Positions 11,335 through 24,628 of a DNA stretch of 64,000 bases are shown here, in pieces. Both the position numbers and the translations under genes were made by a program. Origin of the DNA: Antechinus flavipes (lineage: Eukaryota); the NCBI RefSeq assembly GCF_016432865.1, contig NC_067401.1:140988001-141052000 (forward strand), written 5' to 3'. The notes under the pieces are model-generated. The model had not been told where the DNA came from, did no database searches, and was given only the letters and a program-made list of their open reading frames with translations. How positions within the stretch are numbered: position 1 is the first letter of the stretch; every line of letters starts with the position of its first letter.

Positions 11335-12570
11335 ATGAGCTTGGTCCACCTCCCGCTGCTGCTTTGGAGCTGGGGAAGCCTCCGGGCTTTCGAGCTGGTA
11401 GAAAAGGAGAACATTTTTCAGAAGGTGCCGTGTCCCGCCTTCTTGATGTTTGACAATGCGGCTTATCTGGCTGACATGACCTTTGAGCTGCCCTGCCGCT
11501 GCAAGCCCGAGGAGGTGACCGCTGTGGTCTGGTACTACCAGGAGCACTTAGGGAGCCTGCACACCAGAGTCCTGACGGACTTCGACGGGCGCGTGATGGT
11601 GGACTCGGGGCAGGTGCGCGTGGGCAGCAGCATGCTGGCCCGCTTCAGCATCCGCATGTTCAGCTTGCTGGTGTTCCGGGCCCAGCCCGAGGACTCGGGG
11701 CTCTACCTCTGCGGGACGCGCCGCGGGGACTATTTCTACGGCTACGACGTGGACATACAGAGCGGCCAGAAGATGGTGGCGGCGTTCACTGATGAAGGCC
11801 AGGAGCCGCGTGAGGACGAGGAGCGCGGGAACCTGCACATCTTCACCACCTTCTGGGAGTGGACCCGCTGCGACCGCTGCGGGGTTCGGGGCGAACAATG
11901 GCGGATTGGGCTCTGTTACCTGCAGAAGCCGGGCCTCTCCCCCCGGTTCCGGAAGAACGTGCCCGACGTGGTGTCTTGTGGCTCCCGGGCAGTGCCCGGG
12001 AGCCTGCGCAACATGGCGGGCCGCCACCGTCCGCCGGAGCTGATGGTCCGGAGCTGCATGGTGCCCTGCAAGAAGAAGGCGCAGAGCGGGCTGATGGCCA
12101 TCTTCACCTTCATCTCCAAGCTGGGCAGCAAGCCGTGGATTCCCAAAGTACCCATTCAGTTCCACAAACAGAGGCTGGGCCACGGGCTCATCATTTCCTG
12201 CCCGGGGGCGCGCCCGGAGCACGCCGTAGCCTGGGACAAGGACCGCCTCCGTCTGTACCGCACCAGCTTCCTGAAGGGAGTCAACCGATCCATGAGGCTC
12301 TTCATCGACCACGGCAACCAGTTCCACATCCGGTTTGCCCAGCTGAACGACAGGGGCACCTATTACTGCTGGCGAGACGGGGAGATGGTGGCCGGCTTCC
12401 GGGTGACTGTGACATCCCGAGGGCGCTACTACGGTTCCCTCTCGGACCCCGAGACCCAGTACGCCCTACAGGCGGCCTTGGTGGGCTACGTGTTCATCAC
12501 CGCCCTCTTCATCCTCATCCATTTATGCCGCTGCTGCTGCTATTTCTTTGTCTGCTGCCCTGATCTCTAG
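11335..12570 (+). CDS. FAM187A: FAM187A, Ig-like V-type domain type I membrane protein, 411 aa, single coding exon
   Basis: Signal-peptide-like N-terminus, two Ig domains (DSGLYLC; DRGTYYC), C-terminal hydrophobic helix; syntenic position between CCDC103 and GFAP. Confidence 0.93.
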   Translation: MSLVHLPLLLWSWGSLRAFELVEKENIFQKVPCPAFLMFDNAAYLADMTFELPCRCKPEEVTAVVWYYQEHLGSLHTRVLTDFDGRVMVDSGQVRVGSSMLARFSIRMFSLLVFRAQPEDSGLYLCGTRRGDYFYGYDVDIQSGQKMVAAFTDEGQEPREDEERGNLHIFTTFWEWTRCDRCGVRGEQWRIGLCYLQKPGLSPRFRKNVPDVVSCGSRAVPGSLRNMAGRHRPPELMVRSCMVPCKKKAQSGLMAIFTFISKLGSKPWIPKVPIQFHKQRLGHGLIISCPGARPEHAVAWDKDRLRLYRTSFLKGVNRSMRLFIDHGNQFHIRFAQLNDRGTYYCWRDGEMVAGFRVTVTSRGRYYGSLSDPETQYALQAALVGYVFITALFILIHLCRCCCYFFVCCPDL

Positions 12571-13720
12571 ACTTAACCCTTAGACCTTGAAGACCAATTA
12601 TTTATCGAATACATTAGTGAAATGGTTAGAATTCTAACGCTCCTGCACCTCGGTGGGAAGCGGCCCGGGGAAGCCGGAGCACACACGGTTGGCTGTAGCT
12701 CCCCAAGCTACTGTGGAACGAACAGTATCGTGAGCACAGACTAGAAATGGGTCTGGGCTCAGAACCTGACTCGCTCTCCCTTCCCCTAAACGAGGTGTGG
12801 CTGAGAGATGGGGGCTTAGACCCTCCCTTCCAAGATGGTGGGGCAAAGAGAGAAGGCTTCATGGGCAGCTCTGTGGAGCTGGCTGCTGCTTTGGGAAAAA
12901 GCCTCAGCCGCCACGGGCCTGTTCTGTTTTAAAAACATCTTGTTTGTAAACTACATTCGCTCAGTGTAAGAGTCCGGAATGATACTGCGCGGGAAGCGAA
13001 GGGCAGGAAGCGCACGGTTATACTCCCCCACCCAATGCTGAGTGAAGTCCCATTAGCGTGGAAGGGAAGTGGAGAGGAGTTAAGGCTCAGGGGCAGGGTG
13101 ATGGGATGGGGTTGGCACAGCCCCCTCCCGTGGGAGAGCCGAGAGGTGGGCTCCCTTCCCTCCTGTTCCGTGACCTTCCCTTATGGCACAGCATTAAAAG
13201 GCAGCTCATTAAAGCCAGCTAAATACATGAGTGTGTCTGACAGCATACGTGATAGTGCACACGCGGGAGTTCTCTCCCAGCTCTGCCCTGCCGCAGGCAG
13301 CCAGGCGTGGCCAGCTTACAGGCCGGACTCCCGAGGGAAAATGAAGTGGGCTTCCAAGTGAGCGACAGGGACACGGAGCTCGGGCCTTTTCTGGGCCGCC
13401 GGCTAGGGAAGGTTGTGCTGAGAGCCGGGATCCACCGGCTGAGCTGCGAACCCAAAGTGAGGTTCCGTTAGGGAGGTTGGTGATTGGGCGCATGTGCGGC
13501 CCAGATCTGTGAACCAGCCCTGGCCGCCCTAGTTAAAGCCTACTGGGGATGGAATGGGGAATCGGTGTGGGCTAAGTGCCCAAGGAGAGTGGCCAGTGGC
13601 TCTCAGCTGTGAGGGAAGCCAAAGAGGGGGGACAGCGAGGCTTGCTCCTGCCCCAGGTCTGTGCACGGGGCTTCCCTCTCAAACATAAATCAGGTGCTCA
13701 CTCTAGTGAATGCAGACGGC

Positions 13721-13726
13721 TTTATT
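13721..13726 (-). terminator. Candidate GFAP polyadenylation signal (AATAAA on the minus strand)
   Basis: tttatt on plus, 2.4 kb past the GFAP stop, with a U/GU-rich downstream tract (gatttatgttt). An alternative hexamer at 15602-15607 lacks such a tract. Confidence 0.45.
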
Positions 13727-16119
13727 AGGTATCCTCTGCCACCAACTAGGTTAAAGTCAGCGATGGCGAAGCAGTGAGGTGACAGAACTAAAATAAAAAA
13801 GCCATGGGTGAAGAAAATTCCAGCAAGAGGAAAGGTTCTCCATCATCTTCCAAGGTCCGGCCTGTTGGTGTGAAGTGGGGGTCCTGGAACATATGCTCCC
13901 AAAGCACCTCTTAGGCAACCCATATTCCTCCACTCCCAACCCTTACACAGAATGCTAAGGAGGCACACTGGGCCAAATGCTACATTTAAAGCCAAGCCTT
14001 TTCAGCCTAATCTTTTCCTCTGATGCTTTTCCTCAGTTTTCCCATGTTTAAAAATGGGGCCAAGGCTGGTAGTATGGAAGGGAGGAAGGGAGGAAGTTGC
14101 TGCGGTCATTAATACATTAGAAATACAGCTAATCAGTAATGTGTGAGAGAGGGATAGAGCATCCAAGCAGCCTCTGCAATGTGTAGGGAGCACCAGTGGT
14201 GCTTAGCATGGATGTCTATCAGAGAAATTACTGGGGGAAAGAAGCACCCCACTAAATTTGACTTGCAAAACTAAAGTTTAAACTTATACTAAGAAATGGG
14301 AAATTATAGATTGTCCTGTTTGAATTTATGAGAGAAAGAAAGGAAGGAAAATCAGGATTGGGTTTAGAATCTAATTTATGTAGAGAAGAAATGGGGGGAA
14401 ATGGGGAAAGATGAAGGGCTGTAGAGGTGGGATGGTATAAAAAGGATTATAAGATTGTGATTGGGCAAGAAAGGGGCCTTGGAAAAAGACTATGTGCTCC
14501 CCTACTCTTGATAGTCTCTCTCAGTGTACTTTCTCTAACAGAATCTAGCATTAGCAAGAGGATGGTAACTTCTTAATTGCTATGAACTAGAGGCAAGAGG
14601 AAGCTAATGAAGCCTGCATGAGAGGAGTTCTGGTCTGTGCTCTGTCCACCTGGCTCCAACTGAAGAAAGGGGGAGAGGAAGAGAAGGTTTGATTGAACTA
14701 GGTTTTCACCCTAGGGCTTCTTAACAGATCAGAATCTCAAGTTTTCATTTGAACTTCTTCAGGCCTCTCTTGACCCAAACCTGGGAATTAGCTGGACAGC
14801 TCTCTCCTCCGTTCCCTCCCTACCTCTGATCCTCTTTCTCCCTCTACTTACACCAGAAACTTTCCTACACTTCAAAATACCCTGCTCCCTTTCCTTCCCA
14901 ATTTGAAGAGCTAAGAATGGAACTCCAAGTAGCTTTCTCCAAGTATAAGCACTTTCCAAGCCTTACTCCCCTTAAATGGTATCATTGCAACCATATTTTG
15001 GGGGAAGAGTACTGTAATATTGATTCTCTGAACTTTGTGACTTGTCCAAGGTGACTTAGTTAGTAAATGGCTTGTGAACCCATCATTAGTTTCCCTAAAA
15101 TGAAATGGTTGGGTTAATAGTCTCTAAAGTCCCTTCCAGCTCTAAATCCATGACCCTAAATATGAGGGACAATGGGTATGAGTAACAAGGGACAATATAT
15201 CATATTACCAATAACTCCTAAAGTCAAATATGAGGATATTTTATTCTACTAGAATTCAGAAGGCAAGGGAAAGGAGTATTGGATTTGGAATCAGAAAACC
15301 TGGGTTCAGATCCTGGTTCTAAAGGTAGCTGGGTAACCTGAGGCTCTCTGAGGCTTAGTTTACCCTTCTTTAAAATTGGAATTATAATTCTGTCTACCTC
15401 ACAGACTTATTGCAATCAAATGTAAATTGTAAATCTTAAATATAAATATATGTGTGAGTTACATAAATGTGAGTTATAAAGATTAATAACTGAGTAATAA
15501 CTATCTCTATAAATATCTCCAGCCTCTCCCAGGTCAGGACCACAAAACAGGAGATCAGCTCCTTGCCTTATCCTGAAGACCCCTGCTTTCCCCTTGACAG
15601 TTTTATTTTTTCTTCTGCAGCTTGATAATAAGGGACCCAGACAAACCCTCCACCCCCACAACCTCCAACACCACCTTTCTCGCTCCTAAGTCTAGGAATG
15701 ACAGCTCTGAACTTCTTGGTGCTCTGGCAATAGTTGCCATAGAAACAAGGATGTGGGGAGGGTCAAGGGGGAGCAACCTCCAGCAATGTACTCCCCTCTG
15801 ATTCAATCTCTTCCCTACTAGCCTAAACCAAACTGATTTCTAAACATCTCTCATATCATCCCCTTATGATTAGTACCAGAAATATGGACACTAGAGGCTC
15901 ATCCTCTCCAGTTAGTAGGAAAGGAGGGACTGAAGAAGTGGAGAAATTGTGACTGCTGACGGAAGCCTAAGGCAGACAAAGCTGCCAGGACACTGGGAGT
16001 GGGGAAAGGGACTTGTTCTATGGGACTTGTGTGCGGTTAAATCTCCTACAACTTCTCACTTAGGGACCAAGGAAACCACTCTATTCCCTGTTGTAGGGGC
16101 TCTCTGGAGGAGCCCCAAT

Positions 16120-16158
16120 TCACACATCTTTGTGCTCCTGTGTGGACTCCTTAATGAC
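16120..16158 (-). CDS. GFAP: GFAP exon 9 coding part, VIKESTQEHKDV*
   Basis: Matches human VIKESKQEHKDVM; ctag acceptor; TGA at 16122-16120. Confidence 0.95.
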   Translation of the reverse strand, partial: VIKESTQEHKDV

Positions 16159-16705
16159 CTAGATGGAGAGAGATAGGACATGTTTGATGGAAGAGAAAGA
16201 CAAGGCACAGTTAGCCCAAATTATCTTCTACTGGCTGAACCTTTCCCCTGACTTAGGAAACTGGAACTCGTCTCTCCAGACTCCCCCTTTCTGCTGGTAT
16301 CTGAGCCAAATGTGGGAAGAGGACACTCTTGAAATGCCTTTACTCTTCACTGAAATCATTCATCTACTGGCTTGTATTTCTCTGGGTTCATTCAGGTTCT
16401 GGTTCTAACATTAGCCTTGTGACCTTGGGAATACCATCTAGACACTGAGCTTCGGTTTATTCTTCTTTAAAATAGGTATAATATTTTTGCTAAAGGTTAT
16501 AGATGCAGTCTTGGTCAGAGACAAATTGGGAAGAAGGGGGAAAGTGGGCAACAATGTGGGCTTCTATCTTTTAATTGCTTTCCCTTCCACATTATTTCTT
16601 CCCATGAGACACTAGACTACTGCTCTCCCCTTCACCTTGGATCCCAGGAAACCCCTAGAGACTGAATTCTCATTGTACTGGGCTGATAGGAAGGATTTCT
16701 TCCTA

Positions 16706-16846
<141 letters not shown>

Positions 16847-17739
16847 CTAGGCACCAGGGTCCCCATCTATCTTAGTCTACCTATTGCTCAGTCATACAAG
16901 CTGAGTTCCAAGACAATATTCCATTCTCCCACCACCCCCACAGAAAACTACCTTCTAATTTAGTAGTAGAGGACAAAGGTCACCAACTCACAGAAAGAAT
17001 GAATCAGGGATTATAATGAAGAAGCTAAAAGCAACTTCATTAGTTGTTTCTCCATCTCTTGGGAGAAAGATGAACACTCTACTTGCCTGTTTTTTAAATT
17101 AAATACAGGGAATATAAAACTTTATTCAATATAAGAAAAGTTCTTGGGAATATAATTCTCCTTGCAGGCCACAGTACAATATAATGAGAGAGATATGAAA
17201 ACCAAGCCAAGGTCAAGGGGGGAAAAATAGAGAAAACTGTGTATATTTGGAGAAAAAACCCAAATTGGGCAACAAAAGACCTTGGTTGGATCAAGTCCTG
17301 ACTCTACTGCTACCTCTCCATGTGACCTTGATCAGAGTTGACCCTTTTGACTTCAGTTGCATTTTAGTGATAAAATGAGGAATTTTTTCTTGATTTCTAA
17401 GGTCCTTTCACTTTTGACATCCTATGGAAATGATCCTTGGACATTCAAGGACTATAGATTTTCTTCATATATGTACTGGAAAAAGTCTTGGACTTAGAAT
17501 CATGGTATTGGTCAAGTCAATTCAATTTATATCAATTTACGGGGCTTCAGTTTCTTTATCTGTAAAAATGAGAAGACTAGACTAAATGTGCCTTTTTTTT
17601 CAATTCTTTTTTTTTTTTTTTTTTTGAAAAGGCAGTTGGGGACTTGCCCAGAGTCACACACCTAGTAAATGTTAAGTATCTGAGGCACTGGGATTGACAC
17701 ACCTGTTCTATACAATCTATACAATTTCCTTAAGCAAAG

Positions 17740-18260
17740 ATCTGACCAAGTCATTCTCTTAATAAATTTCAATAGCTCACTATTGCCTCTAGGATAACAT
17801 TTAAATATCTGTGGTTAGTTTTTGCAGTTTTTCTAAGCCTGACTAGGCTCTGTCTTTTTAACTCTATTATATATTTTTTCTCTTCTTGTACTTACAGTCA
17901 ATTTCTTTTCTGTTCTTCACTCCATTCCCCAATTCCATGCATTTGTATTGGCCATCTCCCATGCTGGGAATCCTCATAAAATCCTCTTTTACTTCAAGCA
18001 CCATCTACCTTACCTGAAATCTTAGCTGATCTATTACTAATCCCCTTCAATGACCTTGCATTTATTTCTATTTAATTTTTTTAATATATGCTTTGTGTAT
18101 TCAGAATATATGTATTTGCATTTATGTATATGTATATTATATATATGTATGTATATATGTATATTAAATATGAATTTATTAACTGGTTTAAATGTAAACT
18201 CTTTAAGAATAGAGTTTGTTTTATTCTTTATTTTTGTCTCTCCAGAGCTTGGCACATAGT
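17740..18260. mobile_element. Old L2 remnant with an AT-rich simple-repeat expansion in GFAP intron 7
   Basis: L2-type text (ctcactattgcctctagga...gagcttggcacatagtagg) surrounding (TA/TG)-rich sequence. Confidence 0.5.
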
Positions 18261-19426
18261 AGGTACTTTACCAGTGCTAATTGATTGATTGATTAATTAA
18301 TTGAGTGATGGAATCCAACCCTTTCATTTTTACAAGTACAGTCAGGGAGCCAAGAGAAATGAAGCCTGATCTCTATTTATATTATATTGAATATTGAGGA
18401 TAACTATTATTTTGAGACTTCATAACTTAGTAACTTCTCTTCTGCCATTACTTCATTTGTACTTTTTATCCCTTCCTTTATAATTAATGAGATTTTCCCA
18501 GAGTGAAAAAATTCTTGCTGTTTGAATGGAAAACTCTCTCTACCAAGGCAAATTCCAACTCATCTTTGACTTAATTGATAAATCATAGGAAAGTTTCAGG
18601 AGGTAGATAGTGGTTGGGTGACTAGTCCATGAATCACATTGTAAGTGAGGAGGTGGGATCTGAATCCAAGTCTTACTCTTCATCGCTGCCATTATGAATC
18701 TCTAGCTACCTTCAAGTCCCAGTACTAGTTCTGATGCTTTTCTTGATTTCCTCACTGGCTAGTACTGTCTCCCTTCCAGTCCCATGTTGAAATGATTGTG
18801 TATGTATATTATATTTCTTTTCTGTGAACCTGTCTACTCTTCTACTCCTTGAGGACAAGGCCTGTCTAGCTCTATTATTTGTATCCCAAGCATCTTGCAT
18901 GGTACCTGTATACAGTAGGTAGTTTAAAAATGTTTGTTGATTGTGCCTAGATTCCAAGTCCAGAACTTTATCTGCTATATTACACTGCCTCTTCTTCCCT
19001 GGAGTTATTGGAGTAACCCCACATAATCAAAAGATGATGTGAAATGTGGGATGGGGGGCAGTGAGGGAAGTTGAGAGACTGCTTTCTGTACCATCCTCAG
19101 ACTCCTCAGGTGGGAGAATAGAGACTAAGAGCCAAGAAGGAGACTAAAAGTTGTTCCATAGGGTCTACTGAAGAAAGATTATCTTGGAACTACCTTGGGT
19201 TGTTCAGATGATCCCTACAGGGTGCGTATTAGCAGGAAACCTTGGTCCTCCCAATTGCCCTTGAGACTTTGCCTCATAGACATTAAAACAGAAAGGTAGC
19301 ACTTTACTACCTCAAAAGGTGCATGGGACAAACTAGGAACCTTCTCATCAGGGAGCTCAAAGTGTCTCCTCCCTCTCCAAGGCATCATACCTACCGCATT
19401 CCCTTATTCCAGCCATCCCCACTGAC

Positions 19427-19470
19427 CTCTGATTTGCAGATTGGAGAATGTCTGTACTGGGATGGTGATG
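19427..19470 (-). CDS. GFAP: GFAP exon 7, ITIPVQTFSNLQIR
   Basis: 44 nt, tttag acceptor, AGAG|gtcagt donor; peptide identical to human as recalled. Confidence 0.96.
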
Positions 19471-20654
19471 CTAAAAGGGAGCAGAGAATGAGCAATATGA
19501 GCAAGAGCGGAAAGGAGAAAAATGCTGCAAATTTTCTTTGCTCTTTAGGAAAGTCAGGATAGGAAGTGAGGGTCAAAACAACCTTAGATGCCTCTATTTG
19601 TTTTAGTCACAAATAGCCAGACTTATTCCATCAGTGACTGGGACATCTGAGATCTGTGTGATCTCTCTCCAGGATCATGGAAATGTGTATGCTCTGGTTT
19701 CCATGGCTTCTGTCTGGCTGCCTGGCTTCCCAGACAGATAATATCAGACAGATCTTGGTGGTGAATTGAGGGTTTTTTTAGGATCAAAGCACATTTTCTT
19801 CTTCTGAGTCTGAAATGACTCCCCAGTAGAGATAGACCCAGGGAAAAGGGAGAGAGATGACTTGATGAGATAGAGTAGTGTTAGAAGTTTGGGGGAAGAG
19901 GTATGGGCAAATCCAAAGGGAGGAGAAGGAGAAAGCGGATGAAGAATTTTCAGCAAAAGTTGAATTGTGGGTGGGAGAAATGGGAGAGAAGGTAAGAAGT
20001 GATGAGAAGGGTGATGAGGAGTGATGATAGAGAAGGAGAGCAGTGATAGGTATGGAGGTAGGTCTTGAAAGAATGGGAAAGATAAGATTAGAGAGGACTT
20101 TGGATTAAAAAAACCCCAAGGTTACAGAAAGAGGGAGAGTATTGTTCATGCTAAAGAATTTGATTCTAGCTACATCCCACATCATTGATGGGCAAGGAGA
20201 GAGTCATTAGGAGCCAACTGGGACAAAGAGTCATGGAAACAAAATCAAAGGGTCCATAAGTTGGAGAAGAATAGAGTGAGTAGGTTAGAACTGGCAGAAA
20301 CATAACTAGGGCAGGGTGATGGAGCTTTGCCCTAGGCTACCAAAATTTAAGGATAGTAGTGGCAATCCTCTGCAGGCTAGAAACACCTGAGTTTAGGAAG
20401 AAATCTTAGTTAAAATAGGAAGCCCTAAAAACCCAACGATAAAGAAAGCTATAGAGGGTACACTTGTAGTTACGGGGTAACTGCGCTTTTCCTTGCCCCT
20501 TCCCCGTGGCAGCCGCCTCGTTGCCCTTCAGGGCGCATTTAGTCACTAGGGCTACTTGCCCTGGGCATTGGGACGGCTAGTTCGGTTCCGAGGACCCGAC
20601 CCCCGGCGGGCTCCAGGGCGCGGAACTCTGCACCCGGCCGGCGAGCGAAGCTTA

Positions 20655-20897
<243 letters not shown>

Positions 20898-20988
20898 TCA
20901 TGTCTACGGGGGACCCAGCCCTGGCCACCGCCCCGGCCCCGAACCTGCCCCCAGCCCGCCGACCCCGCTCGCCCCCTTCCTTGCTCAC

Positions 20989-21114
20989 AGTGCCACGAAG
21001 GGACTCCAGGTCGCAGGTGAGGGCCTGCAGCTGCCGCCGGTACTCGTTGGCTTCGTGCTTGGCCTGGCGCAGCAGCTCCACGTTCCGCGCTGCAGCGTCT
21101 GTCAGGTCTGCGAA
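20989..21114 (-). CDS. GFAP: GFAP exon 5, [42 protein letters not shown]
   Basis: 126 nt with ccag/gtgagc boundaries. Confidence 0.97.
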
Positions 21115-21426
21115 CTGGAGGGGAGGGAGGAAAGAAAAGTCCGCGGGGCCGGGGAGGTAACTCCCGGGCTGGCACCGCGGCCCCTGGAGGAGGGCCGACA
21201 AAAAAGTCAGGGCTCTGCGGGGTGGGGCAGACCCTGATTCTTCCTCAGGGCCTCCCCCAGGTCCATTTACCCTGAACCACCCTCCCACTCCCACCCCCTG
21301 CCCCCTCGGAGGAGCAAAGAGTCTTACAAAGAGTATTTCTGTTGGGGAGGAGATGGAGGAAATGCCCCCCCAGGGCCGAGCCAGGGCACCTGGACCCAGA
21401 AGGAAAGTTCCCAGAAGCAGGCCTAC

Positions 21427-21588
21427 CTTGGACCGGTACCACTCCTCAGTCTCCTGCATGTTACTGGAGGCCATAGCCTCGTACTGGGTGCGGATCTCTC
21501 GCAGGGCAGCTGTCAGGTCTGGTTTGGCCACGTCAAGCTCCACGTGTACCTGATGCTGGGTCAGCTGCTCCTGCAGCTCTCGAAGCTC
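21427..21588 (-). CDS. GFAP: GFAP exon 4, [54 protein letters not shown]
   Basis: 162 nt with ccag/gtaggc boundaries. Confidence 0.97.
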
Positions 21589-21874
21589 CTGGGTTGGGAA
21601 GGGGAGAGGTCAGAGGAAGGACCATCCCCAGCTACTGGGTCTGACCGACTTTTCTTTTCTTCTAACTCATTGATTACTCCTCTTCCCTGCCCAGAGACTG
21701 GAGGAATGGAGATGATAAAGAATGGGGAAAGAGGAATAATCATGGCCCTAGCAAGGCTAGGAAAGAGTCTAAGTGTCCTAAAGCCATGGCATGCCGCCTC
21801 TCTCTCCTCTCTTGTCCCTCCCTCTGGGGCATAGGACAAGACTGGCATGGTGATGGTGAGAGTGCAGGGGTGGT

Positions 21875-22075
21875 NNNNNNNNNNNNNNNNNNNNNNNNNN
21901 NNNNNNNNNNNNNNNNNNNNNNNNNNNNNNNNNNNNNNNNNNNNNNNNNNNNNNNNNNNNNNNNNNNNNNNNNNNNNNNNNNNNNNNNNNNNNNNNNNNN
22001 NNNNNNNNNNNNNNNNNNNNNNNNNNNNNNNNNNNNNNNNNNNNNNNNNNNNNNNNNNNNNNNNNNNNNNNNNNN
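21875..22075. other. Assembly gap (201 N) in GFAP intron 3
   Basis: Run of N. Confidence 1.
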
Positions 22076-22129
22076 ACCAAAACAGAATGACAGAGAGACA
22101 GACAGACAGAGATACAGAGAAACAGAGAC

Positions 22130-22133
<4 letters not shown>

Positions 22134-22176
<43 letters not shown>
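22134..22176. repeat. (AC)n microsatellite, about 21 units
   Basis: Direct reading. Confidence 0.98.
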
Positions 22177-22178
<2 letters not shown>

Positions 22179-22491
22179 CCCAGAAAAATGTGTGCGTACA
22201 TGAGAGTAGGGAGTGGAGTGGAGAAGAGAGACAGAGGCAGAAATAAAGAAGGTAGATACAGAACTCAAGAGATTGTGTGTGCATATTTGTGGGAGCCAGA
22301 GAGGGATATTGTGAGAGTCAGAGAAATAATGAAAGAGCAGAGAGAAGAAAGAAGCAGCTTGCCTATGGCTGTGGCTATGATGAGCATTATCTATATGTAT
22401 ACATGGGCACATGTATGTAACTGTCCTGTGTGTTTGGGGGCTCAGGGAACAAAAGGAGAGGGGAAATCCTGGTACATCCTGGTTTTCTCAC

Positions 22492-22587
22492 TTCTTCATG
22501 AATCTTCCTGAGAAAGCGGATCTCTTCTTGCAGAGACTCGACCTTCCGTTCCAGATCCAGGCGGGCCAGAGCAGCTTCATCAGCCTC
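22492..22587 (-). CDS. GFAP: GFAP exon 3, [32 protein letters not shown]
   Basis: 96 nt with acag/gtgaga boundaries. Confidence 0.97.
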
Positions 22588-22945
22588 CTGTGGCAGGGAG
22601 AGAAGGACTAGCTCGGACCACAGGATATCGCCTTCCCCAATGCTACCCCCCACCCGCATGCACACACATACACTCTCATTCTCCCTCGGCTCTGACCCAG
22701 CTTCTGTTCTCCAGGGACAGGGCTCTTCACCGGGACAAGGGAATAGGACGGAGGACGAGTACAACAGGGTGGAAGCGGTGGAAGCAAGCCAGGCAGAGAG
22801 AAAGAGGGCAGAGCTTTAAGGAAGATGGATTAGGGAGAGACAAAGGCAGAAACTGGAGATGGGGCAGAGGCAGAGGGCAAGGACAGGCTGAGCGTAGGGG
22901 TGCCACCTTTTACCGTTTCCCTCCAGCCCCTCCAAGTGCCCAGAC

Positions 22946-23006
22946 CTGTCTGTAAGCTGTTAGATTGTTCTCTGCTTCCAGCCGAAGGTTAGTTTCCTCC
23001 TGGAGC
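22946..23006 (-). CDS. GFAP: GFAP exon 2, LQEETNLRLEAENNLTAYRQ
   Basis: 61 nt with tcag/gtctgg boundaries; completes the phase-2 codon from exon 1. Confidence 0.97.
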
Positions 23007-24242
23007 CTGAAGGGAAGGGAACACGCATTTATACAGAGCTTAGTATGTGCCAGGTGCTTTTTACAAATATCCTCACAACAACCCTGTGAAGTGGATGCTA
23101 TTACTGTCATTCCTATTTTTATAGTAAAGGAAACTGAAGCAAACAGAGTCACATAATTAGGAAGTATCTGAGGTTGGATTTGAGCTCAGGATTTGGAGTT
23201 TGTGATTTCAGATCCAGGACTCTACCCATCTACTTATGTAGCATAGTGACCCCAAATTGCCCATGAGATATTTGAAAGCTACATAGAGAAGGACTGTAAG
23301 AATCCTCTGGGATAAAAGGAAGTTAAGGAGAGGATAAAACCTTTGGCCTCGACACTGTACTCATGCTCCCACAAAACACACATCGAATAGAATCCTAGTC
23401 ATAGGTTCTCGGGACTGAAAGGGACCTTAGTTGTCAGCTGGTCCCACTGCTTCATTTGACAGATGAGAAAATGGAGGTCCAGAATGTGGGACTTGCCCCA
23501 AGTTATACAGCTCATTAACGGATTATTTTCACACATTATTCCATTAATCCATCTATGTCTCTATATACCATGATAAATATGCATATAAAACACTCCCTCC
23601 CCTCCTTTTCTCTTCCTGCTCTCTCTAATAGTCCAGAAGGTTCTCTGTAGGAAGTTTTCCTTATTGTCCACTCAACCTTGGACACCACAGGCCACCTGAG
23701 TACATGTCTATTAAGAGCATGTGAGCAGATTGTCAACATGGTCCTGGAGTGAGAGCATTTCTAAATCTGGTTATCAGCCTGGCCCTACCCTATCCACTAC
23801 TCAGACTCCTGCCTAGTATCTCAAAGCCCTATAGACTGGCTCCTTATCCCAGCTCATTCTTTGGACTTTCCATCTTGTATTTTCCAATCTATCCATGTAA
23901 TCCTTGGTGATGCAGGTTATCTCTGAGAATATGGGGGATAGTCAGTCTCTAGTAGGGATAATAGGGATAAATTAATGAATTGAATGGCTAAAGGGCCACT
24001 AGATTGTTAGAGGTGACCGTGAAGAATAATGTGAACCGTGGTCTCAGACACATCCTGCCACCTCACTCTCCCTTCCTTACTCCCCGGCCTGTCCAAAACT
24101 CCTTCTCCTTTCCAGGCTGCCTTCCTTAATTTTTCCTTCCATTCCCCAGGCGTTCCCCTAACACCGATGCTCACAGCTCACCCAAGGGTTCATCCTTGTC
24201 TGTATTTTGGATGTATCTGGCCAGGTGAGAGCTCCCCTGGAG

Positions 24243-24244
<2 letters not shown>

Positions 24245-24292
<48 letters not shown>
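24245..24292. repeat. (GT)24 microsatellite in GFAP intron 1
   Basis: Direct reading. Confidence 0.98.
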
Positions 24293-24295
<3 letters not shown>

Positions 24296-24628
24296 ATGGA
24301 CTCAGCACACGACTCTCCTCAGAGGGGTGAGTCAGAGAGAGATGAGCAGACTACTGGACTCCCCAAGCCGGAGTCTGAAGAGGAACGGCAGCAGTTTCAC
24401 GTACACCCAGGATCTAACTTTCTCGTTACCGCTGATTCTCACCTGCCTTTCTCCCTTGGTTTCTATATAGTTCCAAGTTCCTGAGAAATCAAGCAAGATG
24501 CCCAGAGTAACCCAAGCACTAGAGCCCAGACACCTGGCACTTGTCCAGAGTGCTTGTTCCAGAGTGCGCCGCTGCTCCAAGAATCACACATTTTCCCAGG
24601 GAGAGAAAACTAAGAATGAAACACTTTG

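Noticed and set aside
11548-12563. 259-aa antisense and 234-aa alternate-frame ORFs
   Set aside because: Shadow ORFs of the GC-rich FAM187A CDS.
21561-22511. Several ORFs containing X runs and CV/HT repeats
   Set aside because: They span the N gap and the (AC)n microsatellite.
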